Sequence record: NZ_CP137560.1
Direction: 5' to 3' (one strand)
DNA: 64,000 nucleotides
Source of the DNA: a plasmid
Part shown: positions 56,369-64,000 of the stretch, one piece after another
How the letters are laid out: each line of letters opens with the position of its first letter
Position numbering within the stretch: the stretch's first letter is position 1
Notes under the pieces: model-generated
Database searches by the model: none
What the model saw: only the letters and a program-made list of their open reading frames with translations
What the model was told of the DNA's origin: nothing
Position numbers and translations under genes: made by a program

Positions 56369-57325
56369 ATGGCAGATAATATAGAACATCAAGATAAAGG
56401 AGAACTGGTCGCAAATTGTGACCAGTTACAAAATGATGAAGTCGTAGTTACCACTCCTGTAGAAAGTCGAATAATGTCTATTCGTGGAAAGCAGATTATG
56501 ATAGACAGAGACTTGGCTGAACTTTATGGAGTGGAAACTAAAAGATTAAACGAGGCTGTAAAACGTAATATAGAACGTTTCCCTGAGCGTTTCCGTTTTC
56601 AACTGATTAAGGAGGAAATGGCTGAACTGGTCGCAAATTGCGACCGGTTCAATAGTTTGAAGCACTCAACAGTTCGTTCATATGCTTTCACGGAGCAGGG
56701 AGTGGCTATGCTCTCCACTGTTCTTAGAAGTGAAACCGCAATTCGTGTAAGCATACGAATTATGGATGCATTTGTTGCAATGAGACGCTTCATGGTGACA
56801 AATGCAGAAGTTTTCCAACGTCTTTCAACAATGGAGTACCATCAACTGGAAATGCAGCAACATCAGCAAGAAACAGACAAACGCATAGACGAGGTGTTTC
56901 GCAGATTGGACGAGGGCAACGCAAAGCCGAAGCAGGGTGTGTTCTACAATGGGCAAGTTTATGATGCCTATACTTTCGTGTCCGACTTGATTAAGAGTGC
57001 GAAGAAACGTATTGTCCTTATCGACAACTATGTTGACGAGACTGTACTGACATTGCTCGATAAAAGAGATAATAACGTGTCTGCAATCATCTACACTCAG
57101 CAGATAAGCCGTCAGTTACAACTTGACATAGACCGTCATAATGCTCAATATGCACCGATTGATGTTGAAACATTCCGTTTATCACATGACCGCTTCCTTT
57201 GTATAGACGATGATGTGTATCATATAGGAGCATCCATAAAGGACTTGGGCAAAAAGTGGTTTGGCTTCTCAAAGATGGAGATTCTTACACCAGATGAATT
57301 GGTGGAACGAATCAACAAAGAGTAA
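56369..57325 (+). CDS. ORF6N-domain protein (KilA-N/antirepressor-like N-terminus)
   Basis: IRGKQIMIDRDLAELYGVETKRLNEAVKRNIERFPERF ... YAFTEQGVAMLSTVLRSETAIRVSIRIMDAFVAMRRF. Start taken at MADNIEH (56369). Confidence 0.65.
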   Translation: MADNIEHQDKGELVANCDQLQNDEVVVTTPVESRIMSIRGKQIMIDRDLAELYGVETKRLNEAVKRNIERFPERFRFQLIKEEMAELVANCDRFNSLKHSTVRSYAFTEQGVAMLSTVLRSETAIRVSIRIMDAFVAMRRFMVTNAEVFQRLSTMEYHQLEMQQHQQETDKRIDEVFRRLDEGNAKPKQGVFYNGQVYDAYTFVSDLIKSAKKRIVLIDNYVDETVLTLLDKRDNNVSAIIYTQQISRQLQLDIDRHNAQYAPIDVETFRLSHDRFLCIDDDVYHIGASIKDLGKKWFGFSKMEILTPDELVERINKE

Positions 57326-57371
57326 TCAATACGCAATATTTCAAGAATATAAACATTAAAAATTACGAATT

Positions 57372-58751
57372 ATGAAAAGCAATTTAGATATACTATTAAT
57401 GAAACGGATAGTATTTTTATTTTCCATTGTTCTCATGCTTTGCTCATGCAAATCATTTGAAGACCACAGCAACGAAAAGGCAGTGGGTACTTACAAGAAT
57501 GGGTATATCCTCAATCTAAACAAGGAGATTGTTGCGACATATAGAAATGGATATGTCTTTAGTGAAAAGGCGTTAGGAACTCCTAATGATTATGGTTTGG
57601 GGTTGGAACAAGACATATATACAACAGGAAAAATAGATACCCTAATGCTGAAATCAAAATATTTTGATTTCAAGCGTAAAGTGTTTGTATATTTGCCTCC
57701 TTTCTATCCTTATTTTGATGCAAATGACTTTGATGTGGTTTATACAACTGATGCACAAACAATGGAACAGTTTTTCATGACTTGTGCATGGCCTTTGTTT
57801 CAGAATAAGTATAAGTGGTTTATTGTTGTTGGTATATGCAGTCCACAGACAGAAACGTATAGTCGCCAAGATGATTTCTTGCCAAACGATAGCGCTACCA
57901 TCAAGAGCTACGATGGACATGGAGGACATTCTGAGAAATTGATGAATTTTGTTAAGTATGAGTTGATACCTTATATCCATAGTCATTATAGGACTACAGA
58001 ACGAAGCTTAGGTGTTGGGCATTCTTTGGGGGCTTCTTTTATGATGCAATGTCTCATGAATGGTAATCCATTTACAGATTATTTTTTTCTTTCTCCAAAT
58101 TTGACTTTTGGCAATGATAAGTTGATGCTTGCCTCGCAATTTTGCAATTATAAATTTGATGTAAACAAGCGATGCTATCTCTTTTTCAGCGATGCGGGAG
58201 AAGAAAGACTGTCTCATGGGTGGAGAGCATGGAAACCTGCACGAGAAATGGTTTATCATTATCTTGACACCCAACAACTACCGAGCAACATTGTATGGAA
58301 AAGGAAATCATATTTGAATTATAACCATCTCACCTCATTCCCTATGGCTCTTCATGATGCCTATCAAGGGTATTTTGATTATATTGACTCTATCAAATCT
58401 TTGGCTCCAAACGATACGACTACGCTTTCAAAACAAGTATATCGTAAGCATATTGAGATTGTGGTAAAAGATGCCAAGCAAGAAGTTTATATCACAGGAA
58501 ACCAAAAGTCCTTAGGTATGTGGAATCCAGGCTTGATTAAGCTAAAACATATTAATGACTCTATCCGCGCCATAGATGTTGATTTGCATTTGCCAGCATT
58601 ATTTAAGTTTACTCTTGGAAGTTGGAAATACGAAGCAGGCTTTGAAAATTCCTATTATGGAGATAATCTTGAAATAAATAATACTGAGCGGAAGAACTAT
58701 CGTTATATATTGACTGAGTGGATGAACATAGAAGATGATGAAAATCAATAA
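57372..58751 (+). CDS. lipoprotein, alpha/beta-hydrolase (esterase-type) with C-terminal beta-rich (CBM-like?) domain
   Basis: Lipoprotein signal (LMLCSC) and a GxSxG nucleophile elbow (GVGHSLGASFMMQ). The C-terminal domain VYITGNQKSLGMWNPGLIKL resembles starch-binding-type modules; this is speculative. Confidence 0.45.
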   Translation: MKSNLDILLMKRIVFLFSIVLMLCSCKSFEDHSNEKAVGTYKNGYILNLNKEIVATYRNGYVFSEKALGTPNDYGLGLEQDIYTTGKIDTLMLKSKYFDFKRKVFVYLPPFYPYFDANDFDVVYTTDAQTMEQFFMTCAWPLFQNKYKWFIVVGICSPQTETYSRQDDFLPNDSATIKSYDGHGGHSEKLMNFVKYELIPYIHSHYRTTERSLGVGHSLGASFMMQCLMNGNPFTDYFFLSPNLTFGNDKLMLASQFCNYKFDVNKRCYLFFSDAGEERLSHGWRAWKPAREMVYHYLDTQQLPSNIVWKRKSYLNYNHLTSFPMALHDAYQGYFDYIDSIKSLAPNDTTTLSKQVYRKHIEIVVKDAKQEVYITGNQKSLGMWNPGLIKLKHINDSIRAIDVDLHLPALFKFTLGSWKYEAGFENSYYGDNLEINNTERKNYRYILTEWMNIEDDENQ

Positions 58752-58856
58752 TTATTAGTTTACTTCACCTATAGATTTGGTAGAACGAATCAATAGAGGA
58801 TAATACTTACGAAAATTTCAAGAAAAAGAACTTAATACATAAATATAAAGTAAGCA

Positions 58857-60305
58857 ATGAAAAGGATTTGGATTTTTCTGATGGCGATGCTCTGCATCGT
58901 TTCTTTTACAGGTTGTGATAAGACTGAGGAACCTAACGGACCGGTTATTGACTATGACAATCTGTTCGATAGAACTTATTCTATTAACGACGATGGCTGC
59001 TGTGTGCTCGAAAGTTGCGAGCCCACAAGAGCTACAGTTATTGAGGATGAGGTAAAGGGATATGGATGGAAAGTCATTGGCATATATGAAGTTCAGAATG
59101 ACGGCAGGCTTTCACAGAAAGATTATCGCGAAACAGTTTGTGGTGGAGGATATGAAGATTACTGGTTTGAGTCAGACAGTCGGCTTGTCGTTTTCCACCA
59201 TAGTGACATCCCAGGCAAATTCTATAATAAGACAACGTGGCGCTACGATGCTACAAAGGGTTTCATCATGCGTGGCACAGAAAGCGAAAGTTTGCAAAAC
59301 CGCTATATGCAAGTGCTGGCTTTGACCACTCTCCAAGGAAAGAAATTCTATATGTACACCATGCAAAATATTGGTGTCAAATTCGACGAACACGGTAATC
59401 AGAAACCTTTTTATTGCATGGTTGTCTATCAACGCATGACCGACAATGAACTTGCCAAAATGAAGAAAGCATACGATTATGATGCAAACTTTGATTTTAC
59501 CGGTGCCGTTCCTGACGACTGCAAGTTCCGTGTAAGTGCAAGATACTACAATCCCGACGATTTTGAAGAAGGTACCAACGGAAGTGTCATCGTCGCTTTT
59601 GGAAATGTAGAATTCTCACTGACCGACCATCTCGGCACGGCAATGCTTCCAAACCCAGCATTGGAATATTTCGACTCCATCGTTTGGAGAGCCAACGACA
59701 GAATTGTTCCAGACAGATATGTCATACACCGCAACAATCAGAGCAAGGCGCAGACTGTCCTGACATGGACTACCCGTTTCTTCTATACGAACCCAAACCT
59801 GACCACATACTTTGAGGGTTACAAGAAAGGTCGCATCGTCTATACATACACGATGCACCACGACATCTACTTCGACAAATTCTTGTGCTTCGATTGGGGA
59901 AAGTTTTCGATGAGCAAGCCAAGAGAGTTTACTGCTACATGTTTGCTTGACAAAAGCCGGAGTTTCACCGTTTACGAACCAAGGACATACAACAATGATA
60001 TGAACAAGGTGTATGCCGAACTGCGCTACAATTCCGAAGAAAAAGGCAAGGGCAACGATATTGCCATCCTGGAAAAGGAAATCAGTGAACTGACGGAACT
60101 TATGATTAACCATTATGGCAAGGGAACCGAAGTGGGTAAGCAGGTAGAGCATTACCGCACCTTATTCAAGGCTCTTCCTGAAAAAGCGCATATTATTACA
60201 TACTGGGCAACTGCTGATACAAGAATTGCACTTGTTTTCAATCGCGACGATGCTGACTCCAAGAATGATTACTATTACGTTCATGCAGAACCAGTTCAAC
60301 AATAA
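58857..60305 (+). CDS. lipoprotein of unknown function (482 aa)
   Basis: Signal peptide with FTGC lipobox. Confidence 0.4.
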   Translation: MKRIWIFLMAMLCIVSFTGCDKTEEPNGPVIDYDNLFDRTYSINDDGCCVLESCEPTRATVIEDEVKGYGWKVIGIYEVQNDGRLSQKDYRETVCGGGYEDYWFESDSRLVVFHHSDIPGKFYNKTTWRYDATKGFIMRGTESESLQNRYMQVLALTTLQGKKFYMYTMQNIGVKFDEHGNQKPFYCMVVYQRMTDNELAKMKKAYDYDANFDFTGAVPDDCKFRVSARYYNPDDFEEGTNGSVIVAFGNVEFSLTDHLGTAMLPNPALEYFDSIVWRANDRIVPDRYVIHRNNQSKAQTVLTWTTRFFYTNPNLTTYFEGYKKGRIVYTYTMHHDIYFDKFLCFDWGKFSMSKPREFTATCLLDKSRSFTVYEPRTYNNDMNKVYAELRYNSEEKGKGNDIAILEKEISELTELMINHYGKGTEVGKQVEHYRTLFKALPEKAHIITYWATADTRIALVFNRDDADSKNDYYYVHAEPVQQ

Positions 60306-60418
60306 CAAAGCAATCCATTCACAACTGGAGGTTTAATCCGCAAAATAGTTGATGGAACGAATCGCTATAGTATAGTGGTGAATTACATTATTAATACGGA
60401 ACTATAAATCAAAATAAT

Positions 60419-61585
60419 ATGAGAATAAAAAAAATATTGCCTTTTATACTATTGGTATTCTTATTTATTTCATGTGAAAAAGAAGACTTTGAAATAGAAA
60501 CCAATAATCAAAGAACAGTTTTTATGTATCTCCCATGGTCAACAAATCTGACAAGTTATTTTTATAATAACATTTCTGATATGGAAGAAGCTATACAAGA
60601 AAAAGGATTAGAGAATGAAAGAATTATAGTGTTTTTATCTACAAGCCCTTCTGAATCGGAGATGTTTGAAATAACTTTAAATAACGGTTCGTGTAAAAGG
60701 ACTATCTTAAAAGAATATGTAAATCCTTCTTTTACCACAGAAGCTGGTTTGACAGAGATTCTCGGAGATATGAAAACATTTGCTCCTGCTGAAAGTTATT
60801 CAATGATTATCGGTTGTCACGGCATGGGCTGGCTTCCTGTTGTACAAAGCCGTAGCAAAGCGAAGGAAGATTTTGTTTATCATTGGGATTTTGAGAATGT
60901 TCCTATGACACGTTTTTTTGGCGGATTAACAGCAGAATACCAAACAAACATAAGCACTCTTGCTCAAAGCTTATCTAATAACGGATTGTCAATGGAGTAT
61001 ATTCTATTTGATGATTGCTATATGTCATCGTTGGAAGTTGCCTATGAGTTACGCCATGTAACCAACTATATGATTGCCTGTCCAACAGAAGTGATGGTCT
61101 TTGGTATGCCATATTCCACAATAGGCAAATATCTCTTATCAGAAAAACCAGATTACAAAGCTATATGTGAGTCATTTTATCAGTTTTATTCTAACTATCA
61201 ATATCCTTATGGAACGTTGGCTGTAACAGACTGCTCTTACTTGGATGAGTTGGCAGAACTAATGAAATATATTCACTCTAATTATTCTTTTGATAGTACA
61301 CAAGCTATAAATATTCAACGTATGGATGGCTACTCCCCTGTGATATTCTATGATTTCGGAGATTATGTACAGACTTTATGTGGTACAGACACAGAAATAT
61401 ATAATAATTTTAAAACACTATTGGAGAAAGTTATCCCTTACAAAACTCATACCAAAGAATTCTACACGGCATCAAGAGGTCCTATTACAGTTGAAAGATA
61501 TTCAGGAATAACAACCTCTGAACCAAGTACAAATAGCAAGATGGTAGATTACCCAAAAACATCATGGTGCATTGACACACATTAA
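60419..61585 (+). CDS. lipoprotein, putative C11 (clostripain/fragipain-like) cysteine peptidase
   Basis: Lipobox FISC. Candidate catalytic His (SMIIGCHGMGW) and Cys (ILFDDCYMSS) at spacing typical of the clostripain family. Confidence 0.4.
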   Translation: MRIKKILPFILLVFLFISCEKEDFEIETNNQRTVFMYLPWSTNLTSYFYNNISDMEEAIQEKGLENERIIVFLSTSPSESEMFEITLNNGSCKRTILKEYVNPSFTTEAGLTEILGDMKTFAPAESYSMIIGCHGMGWLPVVQSRSKAKEDFVYHWDFENVPMTRFFGGLTAEYQTNISTLAQSLSNNGLSMEYILFDDCYMSSLEVAYELRHVTNYMIACPTEVMVFGMPYSTIGKYLLSEKPDYKAICESFYQFYSNYQYPYGTLAVTDCSYLDELAELMKYIHSNYSFDSTQAINIQRMDGYSPVIFYDFGDYVQTLCGTDTEIYNNFKTLLEKVIPYKTHTKEFYTASRGPITVERYSGITTSEPSTNSKMVDYPKTSWCIDTH

Positions 61586-62054
61586 ATTATCACTCTGAAC
61601 CAAGTTGTGATATAGTCCAAAATCTCCAACGAAGTAACTATCCGTGGGGGGCTTGACCCTTGCACATATAAAAAGCAAAAAGAAAGCGTTATCGGAGTAT
61701 TACACAAAAAACAGCTGGCTATTACATAATGAAACAACATACTTGACTGATTGGTACGCTTCTCCTACCATGCGGACAAATCCCGGTAACAAAATGACAA
61801 AGCGGACAATGTTCTTAACATGCCAACTTGTAAATGGGATGAATGATTTTCGTTTTTCGCAAGTTGATTTTATAAAATTGCTGCCAACAGTTCGTACTTT
61901 CGGAAAAAGATGTTATATTTGCAAATGAAAGAGTTATTTGACAGCATAGCAACGCAAAACGCTGAAATTCGCACAGTTGCCAAATCGTTACCTCTATTTC
62001 TCAAATAATTCGCTAATAGTTTATTTCTCAATCGGTTAAGTCAAACCGATAAAA

Positions 62055-62105
62055 ATCTAAAATAAACTGTGTCAGGCTATAAAAGTTATAGTTAGACACG
62101 GTTTA
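62055..62105 (-). terminator. hairpin/terminator downstream of minus-strand mob operon
   Basis: Nested inverted repeats AAACTGTGTC...GACACGGTTT around CTATAA-aagt-TTATAG. T-rich on the minus strand after the stem. Confidence 0.3.
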
Positions 62106-62156
62106 TTTACATTTCTATCCTTTCCTTTGCAGAGTATAATTCTTCCCATCCTCAGC

Positions 62157-62777
62157 TTACTTGTCTATGTATGATGCAACAAAATATACAATCGAAATGA
62201 CCGTATAAAGGAAACACGGCAAGAATATCCAAAGCAAAGTCTTTACCCAACCGTTTGACAACCACACACCTTCATTCCTTGACATCATATTAGACATATC
62301 ATAGAAATGGCGAGTGAGGATTTCTTTGTTTTTCTTTCGGTGGTCTTCAAGAAGTTTGGACTCGTTTTCAATGAGTTTCTTCCTGTTGTTGATTGCCTGT
62401 TCCATATCGGCATCATCAATCTTTGCTTTGACAGTTATGTCTTTTACTTTGCCGATGTAGGCTTCAATAGCTTTGGTGACAGTATTCGCTTTATCTGAGG
62501 CTTCACTCAATTTGTCTTTTGCTTCATGCATGGAAGCAGTAGCCATTTCAACGCCACTTTTTGCCAAAGTCAAACTATTGCCAGCATCCTTGTAGGCTTG
62601 AAGTTGTTGGTCAAACTTGTCCGAGGTCTTGTCCGTTTCGATATTCTTGTCTATCGTGTTCTCGAAAGATCCGAAATCCATATCTGAGATTTTACTTTTA
62701 CCTATTGGCATAATATCAGTGCTGTTGGTTGAACATTCGGTTATCTGCCATACCCTTGCTTCTTGCGAGGTCTGCAC
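62157..62777 (-). CDS. hypothetical coiled-coil protein with C-terminal TM, downstream of relaxase
   Basis: 206 aa ending LLWIFLPCFLYTVISIVYFVASYI. Confidence 0.35.
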   Translation of the reverse strand: MQTSQEARVWQITECSTNSTDIMPIGKSKISDMDFGSFENTIDKNIETDKTSDKFDQQLQAYKDAGNSLTLAKSGVEMATASMHEAKDKLSEASDKANTVTKAIEAYIGKVKDITVKAKIDDADMEQAINNRKKLIENESKLLEDHRKKNKEILTRHFYDMSNMMSRNEGVWLSNGWVKTLLWIFLPCFLYTVISIVYFVASYIDK

Positions 62778-63964
62778 AGTCGATTAGCCATCATAGCGCA
62801 ACGATACGCCCAAGACAGTTCATCCTCGTCCTTGTCACGTCCCCAACCTGAGGTAGCACCACCTCCGCCACCGCCAGACTGGGCGGCAATGGTTGTGGCA
62901 GCATCAATGTATTCAGCAAAGAGAAGAATGGCGGTCTTCTGCACATCACCTATCTTGGCAAATACATTGTCGGCATCCAAAGCTATATTCTTATCGATGA
63001 TATCCAGACAATTCTGAGGAATATCAACAGGGTAATGATGAAACTCGTCCGTATAGAAGTCGAAGTGACGTATCTTTGGAGAGTTGTCCGCAGTAGGCAT
63101 GGGTTTGGGTACAGTCATAATCTTTGGCTGTTGGGTATTCTTTGTTGGAGTTGAAACTGGTTTCTCCAATTCTTGATGATGCAGTTTTGCCCAAGTACCT
63201 TCAATCTTTGAGGGCATCAGACAACGACCTTTGCCAAGTTCCGAGGACTTATAAATGGAGTTACCACGCTTGATGGCATAGCCACGCATTTGTCCTTTAT
63301 TGTCAGATTGTAGTTTGACATCATATCCCATTTGCGTGAGGCATTTTGTGTATAGTCCCCAATCAAAGTACGACATCTTAGCCAAAACGGAAAGGCAATC
63401 ATTGGTTATCGCTTCCTTATTTTGGCGGCTCACCTCTTGTGCATCTTTCCATCCACGCTGTTGCCCAACCTTGGCGGCAGCAGCCATCGCTCGCTCATAG
63501 ATATAATGGGCATCATTCACGTTGCCCCTTATGTCTATGCGGTTCGCATCAATGTGAAGGTGCATAATGCCACTCTTGCTGTCACGATGAAGCGCAACAA
63601 CATATTGGCTGTCTTTGAGGTTGGTTGTCTTTGCACTCTTGCGCTTCGACTTGGCTGAAAGGTCAACAGCATCAAACTCACGGATAAAGTCATCCGCCAA
63701 CCTCTGCCAGTCCTCCATTGTCCAACCTTGCGTTTCCTCCGAGGTTGGGGAAACCTCGATACGTATCATGTTCCGTTTGAGCGGATGATAACGGTTCAAC
63801 TTGTCCTCAAACTTCTTCTGCAAGGCAAGCATTCTCGCCCACATTGCCGTTGGGGAAATATCATCGGGCAAGAGATTGGTCTTTACAATCTCTGCCTTGT
63901 CCTTATCTACTGAGTAACGTATGGCATTTGCGCCATGACTTATTACCTTTGCTTTTGCTATCAT
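62741..63964 (-). CDS. mobilisation relaxase (MobB-type), second copy
   Basis: HLHIDANRIDI histidine motif. C-terminal SGGGGGGATSGWGRDKDEDELSWAYRC, shared with the relaxase at 48699-50135. Confidence 0.75.
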   Translation of the reverse strand: MIAKAKVISHGANAIRYSVDKDKAEIVKTNLLPDDISPTAMWARMLALQKKFEDKLNRYHPLKRNMIRIEVSPTSEETQGWTMEDWQRLADDFIREFDAVDLSAKSKRKSAKTTNLKDSQYVVALHRDSKSGIMHLHIDANRIDIRGNVNDAHYIYERAMAAAAKVGQQRGWKDAQEVSRQNKEAITNDCLSVLAKMSYFDWGLYTKCLTQMGYDVKLQSDNKGQMRGYAIKRGNSIYKSSELGKGRCLMPSKIEGTWAKLHHQELEKPVSTPTKNTQQPKIMTVPKPMPTADNSPKIRHFDFYTDEFHHYPVDIPQNCLDIIDKNIALDADNVFAKIGDVQKTAILLFAEYIDAATTIAAQSGGGGGGATSGWGRDKDEDELSWAYRCAMMANRLCRPRKKQGYGR

Positions 63965-64000
63965 ATATGTCGTATGTTCTATTGTGTTAAGTATTTCTCT

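Larger units (their letters stand above)
52850..64000. mobile_element. second integrase/relaxase element of the same architecture (partial; runs off window end)
   Basis: Tandem tyrosine integrases at its left end, preceded by a related TTTTGTCTCGTTTTTGTCCCTCGTTGT motif (~52976-53009). Also carries a serine recombinase, ORF6N gene, lipoprotein cargo, and a MobB-type relaxase at 62741-63964. Confidence 0.45.

Noticed and set aside
61905-62012. Small ORF MKELFDSIATQNAEIRTVAKSLPLFLK directly after a TATATTTG -7 box
   Set aside because: It is only 28 aa, effectively leaderless, and has no conserved features. It may be the relic of a truncated gene at the edge of the cargo region, and the evidence is too thin to call.

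Overview
This 64-kb window reads as a mosaic of Bacteroidales mobile DNA in three blocks. All protein-family assignments are read from the ORF translations by eye; no database search was run. (1) Positions ~1-27850 are the larger part of a Mu-like transposable siphovirus prophage. The early region is on the minus strand (MuA-like DDE transposase, MuB-like AAA+ ATPase, HU-like DNA-binding protein, assorted small ORFs). A plus-strand packaging/head block follows (small and large terminase, Mu gp29-like portal, MuF-like head morphogenesis protein). A divergent minus-strand block encodes prohead protease/scaffold, major capsid protein, major tail protein, G/GT tail chaperones, an 886-aa tape measure protein, a 906-aa tail protein and a tail fibre that runs off the window start. 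(2) Positions ~27857-34260 hold a partial tRNA 3' end (att-like remnant), a LexA/S24-type repressor, a 4x iteron array and the remnant of a Bacteroides conjugative-transposon transfer module (traN, traM, traL, traK and the 3' piece of traJ). (3) traJ is split by a ~17.9-kb integrative mobilizable element (~34217-52145). That element carries two tandem tyrosine integrases, an HTH protein, a complete Type I R-M system with a multi-cassette invertible hsdS locus and its own recombinase, plus relaxase, excisionase-like and accessory mobilisation genes. A second element of the same architecture (tandem integrases, serine recombinase, ORF6N protein, three lipoproteins including an esterase and a clostripain-like peptidase, relaxase) starts just upstream of the traJ start codon and runs off the window end. 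The most notable signals are the nested insertion into traJ with 23-bp subterminal direct repeats, the phase-variable hsdS shufflon, a MuF fusion to a probable PD-(D/E)xK nuclease toxin domain, a -1 frameshift site in the tail chaperone gene, an antisense promoter-bearing 2-TM moron inside the tail operon, an overlapped spanin-like ORF pair, and a family of heptamer tandem repeats at prophage gene junctions.
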